Source: an uncultured Clostridia bacterium
GTDB lineage: Bacteria; Bacillota; Clostridia; UBA1212; SIG427
Assembly (NCBI GenBank): GCA_945965275.1
Contig: CAMFNB010000003.1
Location: 1 to 57,709, forward strand
Reading direction: 5' to 3'
DNA: 57,709 nt
Each line of letters begins with the position of its first letter. Positions within the stretch are counted from its first letter, which is position 1. The translations under genes and the position numbers were made by a program. The notes under the pieces were generated by a model. The model searched no databases and was not told where the DNA came from. It worked only from the letters and a program-made list of their open reading frames with translations. Shown one piece after another: positions 49,045-57,709 of this stretch.

Positions 49045-50283
49045 TCAGATGGCCCAGGTACCGTCTTTGAAAATCTGATGCTTTGTTCCGTCCTCTGAAA
49101 TACCTGTGATTGACAGGTCATCGGCACCGACCATAAAGTCAACGTGAATGACAGAATCGTTTACACCTAATGCGTAACAATCTTCAAGGGACATCTTGTC
49201 AAAATCCTTTATCGTGTCACAATATCCTGCACCCAGTGCAAGGTGACAGCTTGCATTTTCGTCGAAAAGTGTCTCATAGAAGAGAACTCCGCTTGTGTTG
49301 ATGGGAGATTCCTTTGGTACAAGAGCAACCTCTCCGAGATAACCTGCATTTTCATCGGACTGAATCATATCTTCAAGAATCTTCTGTCCTTTTTCGGCAT
49401 ATACCTCAACGGCTTTGCCTTTTTTGAATGTGATTGAGAAGTTCTCAATAAGCTGTCCGCGATAGGAGAGTGGCTTTGTTGAAACAACCTTGCCCTCGGC
49501 TTTACCTTTCATAGGGGTAGTGAAAACTTCTTCTGACGGCATATTGGCATTGAACTTGATTCCTGACGTGGTTTTTCCCGCACCGCCGCACCAAAGGGCC
49601 TGCGGAATGAGTTCAACGGTAAAATTCGTTCCGTTTTTGCTTTTATATGTGAGCTTTTTGAGCTTCATGTCATTGAGCTTTTTACAGCGTCCGGCGATTG
49701 CCGCATTATGCTTTTTCCAGGCAAGAATCGGATCGTTCTTTTCTGTTACCTTTACGGTGTCTAAAATTGCCTGCCAGAGTTTTTCTACGGCTTCGTCTGT
49801 CGGAAGATTCGGGAATACTTTCTTAGCCCACTCGGGAGAGGGTACGGAACCGATACACCACTGTTGCTTTCCCTCAATCTGATCCATATATGTTTTGCGG
49901 ACTTTACGCCTTGCAACTGATGCCTTCTGGAGTTTTGATTTGTTTACCCCGTTAAGGCCGTCAGGATCCTGAGAAATAATCCAAAGATAAGGGGAACAGT
50001 CGTCCACTTCCTTTTGATATCTTTCTTTTATCCAGTTTGGTGTCTCACACAGTGTCTTGAGACTTTGTTTTTTATAATTGATTTTTGAAATAACCTGACT
50101 GTCCCAGCGAATATCCACCTCGGAAGCACCGGCATTGTAGCATTCCTCAACGACATAGGAAACAAATTCTTCCTGATTTACGTCAGCTGAAATGACAACA
50201 CTCTGTCCTTTTTGGACATTCATACCTGTTACAACAAGCAATTTTGCATATTTTTTTTGTATTTCTTTCGTCATTTTTATCAC
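49045..50283 (-). CDS. Aminopeptidase, M29 family (AmpS/PepS-like)
   Basis: ANMPSEEVFT, LGEVALV, LFDENASCHLALG, SVIHVDFM. Confidence 0.92.
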   Translation of the reverse strand: MIKMTKEIQKKYAKLLVVTGMNVQKGQSVVISADVNQEEFVSYVVEECYNAGASEVDIRWDSQVISKINYKKQSLKTLCETPNWIKERYQKEVDDCSPYLWIISQDPDGLNGVNKSKLQKASVARRKVRKTYMDQIEGKQQWCIGSVPSPEWAKKVFPNLPTDEAVEKLWQAILDTVKVTEKNDPILAWKKHNAAIAGRCKKLNDMKLKKLTYKSKNGTNFTVELIPQALWCGGAGKTTSGIKFNANMPSEEVFTTPMKGKAEGKVVSTKPLSYRGQLIENFSITFKKGKAVEVYAEKGQKILEDMIQSDENAGYLGEVALVPKESPINTSGVLFYETLFDENASCHLALGAGYCDTIKDFDKMSLEDCYALGVNDSVIHVDFMVGADDLSITGISEDGTKHQIFKDGTWAI

Positions 50284-50384
50284 CCTTGCTCATTATATCA
50301 TACTCTTCCTTTTTTTGCTTGCTTATTGTATAATATACGATGTTTTATTATGTAATTTTAAAGGATAAAAAAGGAGTCTGTTAT

Positions 50385-51887
50385 ATGCTGTTGCCTGTAA
50401 TAGAAATTATAATTTTTGCAATCGTTTCATTCTGTCTGTATAAGTTTTTCCGCAAGAGAAAGTATCAGCTTTTATCCTGTATGGCAGTGATTGCGGTCCT
50501 TTTTCTCATACTGCTCATTCAGTTTGCGTTTTTACCGTCAGGAAACGGTGTGAAAATAAATTATAAGGAAGGACAGAACCTTACACTAGAGGTTCACACT
50601 CCGTATGGCGGCGACGATGTTACCGCAAAGAAAGGTTTTACCGGCATTACTGATACGCTTAAAGCAGAAGGTGAAATCAACACTGATGTTTTGGGAGAAT
50701 ATACAATCAGATACTCTGTTGAATATGACGGAAAGACATATTATTCAGACAGAGTAATCAAAGTTGTTGATACAACAGCCCCGGAACTTAAGCTTGAGGA
50801 CGGCCTGAAATTCTCTGCAATCGATAACTATGACGGAGACATTACGGATAAAGTGGCTGTCACAACAGAGAAGCAGGAGGACGGAACATATCTTGTAAAA
50901 TATGCCGTAACAGACAGCGAAGGCAATACCGCAACGGCTGAGAGACATGTTGACAAAGTTGACACCGAAGCTCCGAAGATGACACTTAACGGAAATAAGG
51001 TTAAGGTAATTATGCTCGGAGAAACATATAACGATGAGGGTGCAAAGGCTCAGGACGACATGGAAGGTGATCTCACATCAAAGATCACAAGCAATGCCGA
51101 TGAGGTAGACACAAACACAACCGGTGTTTACACGGTTACATATAAGGCAGAAGACTCAAGCGGAAATGTGGGTGAAATCACAAGAAACGTGCATGTACTC
51201 AAAAAGGTCGGATATGATCCTAACCTTGCCAAGACAGAGGACGGCTCAAGCATTATTCACCTTACCTTCGACGACGGCCCGAGCGCAAATGACGTAACAA
51301 CAAGAAACCTTGACACGCTTAAGAAGTACGGCGTAAAGGCAACTTTCTTCGTTGTAAATTACGGAGAAGAGGGTCTCAAGACAATCAAACGTGAAATTGA
51401 AGAAGGACACACAGTCGCAATTCACACTTACACACATGACTACAACAAGTGCTACGGCAGTGAAGATGCATATTTTGAAGGTGTAATGAAGATGCATGAC
51501 AAAATTCTTGCCGACACCGGTTATGACACAAACATCATCAGATTCCCGGGCGGATCTTCAAATGCGGTAAGCAAGAAGTATGTTCCGGGCCTTATGACAA
51601 GACTTACAAAGAGAATGCTTGACGCAGGATATCTCTACTATGACTGGAACGTTGACAGCACTGATGCAACAACAAAGAACCAGAAGAATGCAGATGCAAT
51701 TTACCAGAATGTAATAAGCGGACTTTCAAAGGGACGTCATAATTACATTCTCATGCATGACATAGATGCAAAATCAGCAACAGCTGATGCTTTGCCGAGA
51801 ATCATCGAATACGGACTTGAAAACGGATATACATTTGAACCGATTACGTCTTCAACTCCTGTTTGTGCACACGGCATTAACAACTGA
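50385..51887 (+). CDS. Membrane-anchored CE4 polysaccharide deacetylase with Ig-like (DUF5011-type) repeats
   Basis: LTFDDGP, ATFFV, HTYTH, RFPGGS, DWNVD, LMHD; A.D..DGD.T repeats; start after AAGGAG. Confidence 0.88.
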   Translation: MLLPVIEIIIFAIVSFCLYKFFRKRKYQLLSCMAVIAVLFLILLIQFAFLPSGNGVKINYKEGQNLTLEVHTPYGGDDVTAKKGFTGITDTLKAEGEINTDVLGEYTIRYSVEYDGKTYYSDRVIKVVDTTAPELKLEDGLKFSAIDNYDGDITDKVAVTTEKQEDGTYLVKYAVTDSEGNTATAERHVDKVDTEAPKMTLNGNKVKVIMLGETYNDEGAKAQDDMEGDLTSKITSNADEVDTNTTGVYTVTYKAEDSSGNVGEITRNVHVLKKVGYDPNLAKTEDGSSIIHLTFDDGPSANDVTTRNLDTLKKYGVKATFFVVNYGEEGLKTIKREIEEGHTVAIHTYTHDYNKCYGSEDAYFEGVMKMHDKILADTGYDTNIIRFPGGSSNAVSKKYVPGLMTRLTKRMLDAGYLYYDWNVDSTDATTKNQKNADAIYQNVISGLSKGRHNYILMHDIDAKSATADALPRIIEYGLENGYTFEPITSSTPVCAHGINN

Positions 51888-51910
51888 TAATCAACCAATT
51901 GAGGTGTGAA

Positions 51911-53308
51911 ATGAAACACAAAGGAAGAAAAGCAAAATATAAAGGAACCATTATGACAATGCTGAAGTTATTCATACTCGCATTGTATACCGGAATATTC
52001 GCATATATCTGGCTCTTCTATTACAATAACAAGGAAATTGCATGGGGCTTCCACACAAAAGGTAACTGGCTCCTTTTCCTGATTTATCTTTTGCTTGTTT
52101 ACGTGGTTTCAAAGGTATACAACCCATTCAACGTGGGTCATATGAAACCGTCGGATACAATTTATTCCAATTTCCTTATGATGGTCGGCGTTGATATAAT
52201 CGCGTATTTCATTGTATCTCTTATTGCAAGAGAAATGCTTAATGTATTGCCTTTCCTTATTATGCTCGGCATAGACATTGTGGTTGCGATAATCTGGTCG
52301 CTTGTTGCCAATGCGATTTTCGTAAAACTGTTCCCGCCACACAATATGATTATGGTGTACGGCAGCCGTCTTGTTGAATCAATTTCTGAAAAGATGCAGT
52401 CAAGAACAGACAGATACAACATCACGAAATATGTCGACATTCATACAGGCGTTGAAGAAATCTGTAAAATCATACCGCAGTTTGACAGCGTTGTTGTCTG
52501 CGACATCGATGCAACCGCAAGAAACGAAATCGTTAAGTACTGCTTTGAAATTTCAAAGCGTTGCTATATTGTACCGAAGCTTTCTGACATTTTAATCAGA
52601 GGATCACATGAGATTCACATGTTTGACTCTCCTATTTTCCTTCTTAAGAATGAGGCCCTTAATTTCGGTCACAAGCTCATAAAGAGAATCATGGACCTTC
52701 TCATGGTTATTCCGCTCTGTGTTATTGCAGCTCCGTTTATGGCAATAATCGCACTTGCAATCAAGCTCCAGGACGGCGGGCCTGTATTTTACAAGCAGGC
52801 AAGACTTACACTTGATAACAAGGTGTTCAATGTCCTCAAGTTCAGAAGTATGATTCCGGACGCTGAAAAAGTAGGCGGTGCACAGCTTGCAAAAGAAGGC
52901 GATGACAGAATCACACCTGTCGGTAAAATCATCAGAAAAATCAGAATGGATGAACTTCCGCAGCTCTTCAACATTCTCAAGGGGGATATGTCTTTCGTCG
53001 GTCCGAGACCTGAAAGACCTGAAATCGCCGAAAAGTATATGGAAGAAATGCCGGAATTCAAATACAGAACAAAGGTTAAGGCAGGTCTTACCGGATTTGC
53101 ACAGGTGCTCGGAAAGTACAATACGACTCCTTATGACAAGTTAAAGCTTGACCTTATGTATATTTCAAAATATTCAGCTTTGCTGGACATAAAGCTTATT
53201 CTTATGACAATCAAAATTTTATTTGTTTCGGAAAGCACAGAGGGATTTGATGCAAGCAATTCAATTCCGAAAGGAAAATCCGAAAACAGTGATGAGGAGA
53301 CAAAATGA
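51911..53308 (+). CDS. Polyprenyl-phosphate glycosylphosphotransferase (priming sugar transferase)
   Basis: KRIMD, KFRSM, DELPQLFNIL-GDMSFVGPRPERP, GLTGFAQV. Confidence 0.92.
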   Translation: MKHKGRKAKYKGTIMTMLKLFILALYTGIFAYIWLFYYNNKEIAWGFHTKGNWLLFLIYLLLVYVVSKVYNPFNVGHMKPSDTIYSNFLMMVGVDIIAYFIVSLIAREMLNVLPFLIMLGIDIVVAIIWSLVANAIFVKLFPPHNMIMVYGSRLVESISEKMQSRTDRYNITKYVDIHTGVEEICKIIPQFDSVVVCDIDATARNEIVKYCFEISKRCYIVPKLSDILIRGSHEIHMFDSPIFLLKNEALNFGHKLIKRIMDLLMVIPLCVIAAPFMAIIALAIKLQDGGPVFYKQARLTLDNKVFNVLKFRSMIPDAEKVGGAQLAKEGDDRITPVGKIIRKIRMDELPQLFNILKGDMSFVGPRPERPEIAEKYMEEMPEFKYRTKVKAGLTGFAQVLGKYNTTPYDKLKLDLMYISKYSALLDIKLILMTIKILFVSESTEGFDASNSIPKGKSENSDEETK

Positions 53309-55527
53309 CCGGCGACCGACAAACTTTGAAGTTTAACAAGCCCGCATCATGCTGGACAGAAGCGTTTCCTCTCGGAAACGGCAGTATAGGTGCCATGGTC
53401 TACGGAGGGTGTGACAAGGACATTCTCAAAATGAACCAGGACACTCTTTGGACAGGACACCCCAAAAAGCCGGTAAAGACAGACAGTGCAAAATATTTTG
53501 AAGAGGTTCGTAAGCTTGCCCTGGAGGGCAGACTTATGGAGGCTCAAAAGATAATAGAAAAACATTGCCAGGGACACTGGAGCCAGCTCTATCTTCCTTT
53601 GGGTGATGTTGAAATTGATTTCGAAAATCAGCCGGAAGAGGCTCCGGATTATTCAAGAGAACTTAATTTCAGAGACTCATTATGTTCCGTTTCATATTCA
53701 GGTATGAAGCGGGAGTATTTTATTTCTTATCCTGCCGGAATAATGGCAATTCAAATTTCTTCAGAGACCCCCGTGTCATACGGCATTTCAATGAAGAGTG
53801 TTCTTAAAAACCAAACATCATTTGCAGACGACTGTTTCATTATGGACGGCGAGTGTCCCTCTGACTGCAGAGCAGGTGAACTTACATACGAAACGCATCC
53901 GCTCAGATACAGCGATAAGCCGGAGGAAAAGGGTGTTCCGTTCAGATCCGTAATCTCGGTAAAAAGTGACGGAGAAGCCGAATATTCCGAAAGCGGAGTT
54001 TCCGTTAAAAACGCAAAAGAGTCACTTGTGATTTTTGCTGTTGAAACGGGATTTAACGGTTATGACAAAGCCCCTCAGGTTGAAGGAAAAGAATACAAAA
54101 ATGCGGCACTTGGCAAAACAAGAGCAGCTGCTGAAAAAGGTTTTGCTGCATTAAAAGAAGAACATATTTCCGATGTTCGCGAAGTTTATGACAGAGTTCA
54201 GTTTGAACTTGACGGTGAAGAAAACCTGAAATATGTTCAGTTCTATAACTTCGGAAGATATCTTGCAATAGCAGCCTCAAGACCGGGCTCGCAGCCGATG
54301 AATCTTCAGGGAATCTGGAACCGGAGCGAAGATCCGCCCTGGAGATGTAATTACACAACAAATATAAACACGGAAATGAACTACTGGCCGATGTTTATGT
54401 GCAATATGACAGAGCTTTCTCTTCCTCTTATTGAAATGATAAAGGATATTTCGGTACAGGGAAAAGATACTGCAGAAAACATATACGGAGCCAAGGGCTT
54501 TGCTGCACACCATAACTCTGACCTTTGGAGACATACCGATCCCGTGGGAGTCAATTTCTTTGACTACAGCGGTGAGTGGTCTTTCTGGTATATGTCAGGT
54601 GTGTGGCTTTCAAGACACCTTTACGAGTATTACGAATACACGCTGGACGAAGCCTTTGCAAAAGAAACCGCAATTCCGATAATGAAGAGTGCCTGTGAAT
54701 TCTGTGAGAGCATGCTCCGCAAGGACAAAGACGGAAAACTTATTATGGTTCCGTCAACATCTCCTGAGAATGTGTTCCTTTCACCGGAAGGTGACAGATG
54801 CGCGGTTTCACAGACAACAACAATGACAATGAGTCTTGTTAAAGATCTGTTCGGTAATTTCATAAAGCTTGCGGAAAAACTGGAAACCGAAAAAGAATTC
54901 ACCGAAAAGATAAAGAATATTTTACCGAAATTACTTGAATTTAAAATCGGAGATGACGGCAGACTCCTTGAGTGGTATCAGCCGGAACCCGAAATAGAAC
55001 CACAGCACAGACATGTATCTCATCTTTACGGACTGCATCCGGCAAGATTGATTACTCCGGACGAAACTCCTGAACTGGCAGAGGCCTGTAAAAAGTCTCT
55101 TGAATTCAGAGGCGACGAAGGAACGGGATGGTCGCTGGGCTGGAAAATAAACATATGGGCAAGGCTGAAGGACGGAGACCATGCACTTAAGCTTCTTGAA
55201 AGACAGCTTATGCAGGTTGAAGAAAAAAACGATTCGAGCCACATAGGCGGAACATATCCGAATCTGTTTGATGCGCATCCTCCTTTCCAAATTGACGGAA
55301 ACTTCGGAGCAGTAAGCGGAATAACAGAAATGCTCATGCAAAGTTATGATGATAAAATTTTCATACTTCCCGCATTGCCGAGTCAGTGGAAAAACGGAAG
55401 AATAAGCGGACTTAAGGCAAAAGGAAATATTGCTGTTTCAATTGAGTGGAAGGACGGAAAGGTAACGGAATATAAATTGGACGGAGAAATTTCAGACAAG
55501 GAAATAATCGTGAGGGACGAAAAATGA
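53305..55527 (+). CDS. Glycoside hydrolase family 95 (alpha-L-fucosidase/galactosidase-like)
   Basis: PLGNG, FGRYL, NLQGIWN, NINTEMNYW, HRHVSHL, HPPFQIDGNFG. Confidence 0.92.
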   Translation: MTGDRQTLKFNKPASCWTEAFPLGNGSIGAMVYGGCDKDILKMNQDTLWTGHPKKPVKTDSAKYFEEVRKLALEGRLMEAQKIIEKHCQGHWSQLYLPLGDVEIDFENQPEEAPDYSRELNFRDSLCSVSYSGMKREYFISYPAGIMAIQISSETPVSYGISMKSVLKNQTSFADDCFIMDGECPSDCRAGELTYETHPLRYSDKPEEKGVPFRSVISVKSDGEAEYSESGVSVKNAKESLVIFAVETGFNGYDKAPQVEGKEYKNAALGKTRAAAEKGFAALKEEHISDVREVYDRVQFELDGEENLKYVQFYNFGRYLAIAASRPGSQPMNLQGIWNRSEDPPWRCNYTTNINTEMNYWPMFMCNMTELSLPLIEMIKDISVQGKDTAENIYGAKGFAAHHNSDLWRHTDPVGVNFFDYSGEWSFWYMSGVWLSRHLYEYYEYTLDEAFAKETAIPIMKSACEFCESMLRKDKDGKLIMVPSTSPENVFLSPEGDRCAVSQTTTMTMSLVKDLFGNFIKLAEKLETEKEFTEKIKNILPKLLEFKIGDDGRLLEWYQPEPEIEPQHRHVSHLYGLHPARLITPDETPELAEACKKSLEFRGDEGTGWSLGWKINIWARLKDGDHALKLLERQLMQVEEKNDSSHIGGTYPNLFDAHPPFQIDGNFGAVSGITEMLMQSYDDKIFILPALPSQWKNGRISGLKAKGNIAVSIEWKDGKVTEYKLDGEISDKEIIVRDEK

Positions 55528-57005
55528 AAAAAGGATTTGACAACAAACTGTATATTGAAAAACAGACAAAACATATCAAAGAAAGAATTCAGCAGTTTGA
55601 AGGAAAGCTCTATCTTGAATTCGGCGGAAAACTTTTTGATGATCACCATGCATCAAGAGTTCTTCCGGGATTCGATGTAAACGGTAAAATCCGTCTTCTT
55701 CAGGAATTCAAAGATCAGGCGGAAATCATCGTCTGCATCAACGCAAACGATATTGAGAAAAATAAAGTAAGAGCAGATATCGGTATCACATACGACATGG
55801 AATGCTTCAGGCTTATCGACAAGCTTCGCGAGATGGGCCTTTACATCAACAGCGTTGTAATCACTCAGTACAGCAACCAGTCTTCAACAGATAAGTTCAG
55901 AAAAAAGCTTGCTGCAAGAGGAATCAATTCATATCTTCATTATCCGATTGCCGGCTATCCGGCAAACGTTGACCTTATCGTAAGTGATGAAGGATACGGT
56001 AAAAACGATTATGTTGAAACAACAAGACCTCTTGTCGTAATTACTGCTCCGGGACCATGCAGCGGTAAGCTTGCAACATGCCTTTCTCAGCTTTATCACG
56101 AGTATAAAAGAGGAATCAATGCAGGCTATGCCAAGTTTGAAACATTCCCGATTTGGAATATTCCGCTTAAGCACCCTGTAAACCTTGCGTATGAGTCAGC
56201 AACGGCAGACCTTAAAGATGTTAATATGATTGACCCGTGGCATCTTGAAGCATACGAGAAGACAACAGTTAACTACAACAGAGATATTGAGGCTTTCCCG
56301 GTTGTTCGTACAATCCTGAACAAAATTATGGACGGTAAGGATATATACAAATCACCGACTGATATGGGTGTAAATATGGCAGGTTATGCAATTGTTGACG
56401 ATGAAGCCGTAAGAGCAGCCGCAAACCAGGAAATCATCAGAAGATTTTACAAGGCACGCTGCGACCAAAAACTCGGCCTTGCAGACCAGGATACCGTGGA
56501 CAGATGTGAGTTGATTATGAACCAGGTTAACCTCTCTGAAGAAGACAGACCGGTAATCAAGGTTGCAAATGAAAAAGCAGCTGAGAAGGGTGTTCCTGCA
56601 ATTGCGCTCCAGCTTGATGACGGCACAACTGTTACAGGTCGTTCTTCGGAACTCATGACTGCAGCATCTGCTTTGATTCTCAATACACTTAAAAAGCTTG
56701 CTGATTTCCCGGATGATCTGCTTCTTCTTGCATCAGCAGTACTTGATCCTATCTTCAATCTCAAGAAGGAACTTAAGTATGACAGCGCAACACTTACGTT
56801 AGAAGAGGTTCTTCTTGCTCTTTCTGTTTGTGCCGCAACATCAGATTCAGCAAAGAAAGCTCTTTCATACATCGGAAATCTCAAAGGATGCGAAGCGCAC
56901 TCAAGCTGCATGCTTACATCTGCTGAAGACAGATTTATGAGAAGCCTCGGAATCAATCTTACATGCGAACCTAAATTCCCGGGAACAGGAATCTATTTTA
57001 ACTGA
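55524..57005 (+). CDS. DUF1846 (UPF0371) family protein
   Basis: [48 protein letters not shown]. Confidence 0.88.
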   Translation: [493 protein letters not shown]

Positions 57006-57012
57006 TAAAACA

Positions 57013-57642
57013 ATGACAAAGAAATTTGCTCTTTTGCTTCTCATATTCGTACTGATTTTGGCCGGGTGCGGAACCAAGACTGAGGATGTTCCGACACTTA
57101 AGCCTCAGATTACTGCGACTCCTAAGCCTGAGACCAAGGTTGTGGGAGACACCTGTGAGAGCAAAACCTGGAAAATCACATTAACGCGTGCACTTATCAC
57201 GAATGAAATCGGTGATGACCATTTCATGTCTAAATCATCAGACGGTAAAATCTTCCTGATTTTGTTTTTTGACGTTTGGAATATGACTGATAAAAATCAG
57301 TATTTTAACTATGCATATTTCAAAGGCTTTGCAGACAACGACAGAACCAATATGACAATTATTCAGGAACTGTCTGTCGAGGATTATGTTATGCCCCTCG
57401 GAACAGTACAGGCGGGATCTTCTGCACAGTATTTTGCGGTATATGAACTCAAAGACAACTGGACAAAGATGATTGTCAGCTATGATACCGGTGCCATTGA
57501 GCCTGACGAGCATGCACGTTTTGTAATTTCTCCGAAGCAGTGTGACAAGATAATCATTGTACCGACACCGGAAATGACAGAGACACCGGAGGCAGTCGCT
57601 ACTCCTGAAATTACGGCGACGACAAAAGCGTCAGAACATTGA
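57013..57642 (+). CDS. Lipoprotein (DUF4352-like)
   Basis: Lipobox LAGC; beta-rich domain; TPE-repeat tail. Confidence 0.7.
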   Translation: MTKKFALLLLIFVLILAGCGTKTEDVPTLKPQITATPKPETKVVGDTCESKTWKITLTRALITNEIGDDHFMSKSSDGKIFLILFFDVWNMTDKNQYFNYAYFKGFADNDRTNMTIIQELSVEDYVMPLGTVQAGSSAQYFAVYELKDNWTKMIVSYDTGAIEPDEHARFVISPKQCDKIIIVPTPEMTETPEAVATPEITATTKASEH

Positions 57643-57659
57643 ATTCTGACGCTTTTTTT
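57624..57659 (+). terminator. Intrinsic terminator
   Basis: aaaagcgtcagaa/ttctgacgctttt stem plus T7. Confidence 0.85.
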
Positions 57660-57660
57660 G

Positions 57661-57709
57661 GTATGACGGGCATATCAATGCTCTGTGGTGAAAGTCCACC
57701 GAGACGTAG
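57661..57709 (+). mobile_element. Possible 5' end of a group IIC intron, truncated by window end
   Basis: GTATG (GUNYG) start directly after terminator T tract; GGCAT and GTGG-TGAAAGT-CCAC hairpin resemble IIC domain I 5' ends. Confidence 0.45.

Overview
Core-chromosome segment of a low-GC Firmicute, most likely a Clostridia-class anaerobe (inferred from gene content and synteny: abrB, yaaT/ricT, cdaA-cdaR, sigmaA-type promoters). The main feature is a ~20 kb divergent nitrogen-assimilation cluster (5911-26182). The left arm encodes a split glutamate synthase, a degenerate GS-I-like protein and a pseudo-receiver ANTAR antiterminator. The right arm encodes GS III, an Amt-PII fusion, AsnB and purA-purB-guaA-pyrG-dapL. 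Four ANTAR-type hexaloop hairpins, each overlapping a terminator-like stem, sit in the three leaders. The rest is mostly housekeeping: RNA modification genes, HU, rplS, holB-ricT-fdx-rsmI-abrB, a yhaO/yhaN-like pair, ftsH, cdaA-cdaR, SOS-boxed yneA-like gene, rpsO-pnp, tRNA-Arg(CCG) and cell-surface genes. Anomalies are an apparently exact 214-bp tandem duplication in the 3' end of cdaA, an inverted-repeat element in the divergent nitrogen promoter region, and a probable group IIC intron 5' end directly after the last terminator. No CRISPR array, rRNA, transposase or integrase was seen. All calls were made by eye without database searches.
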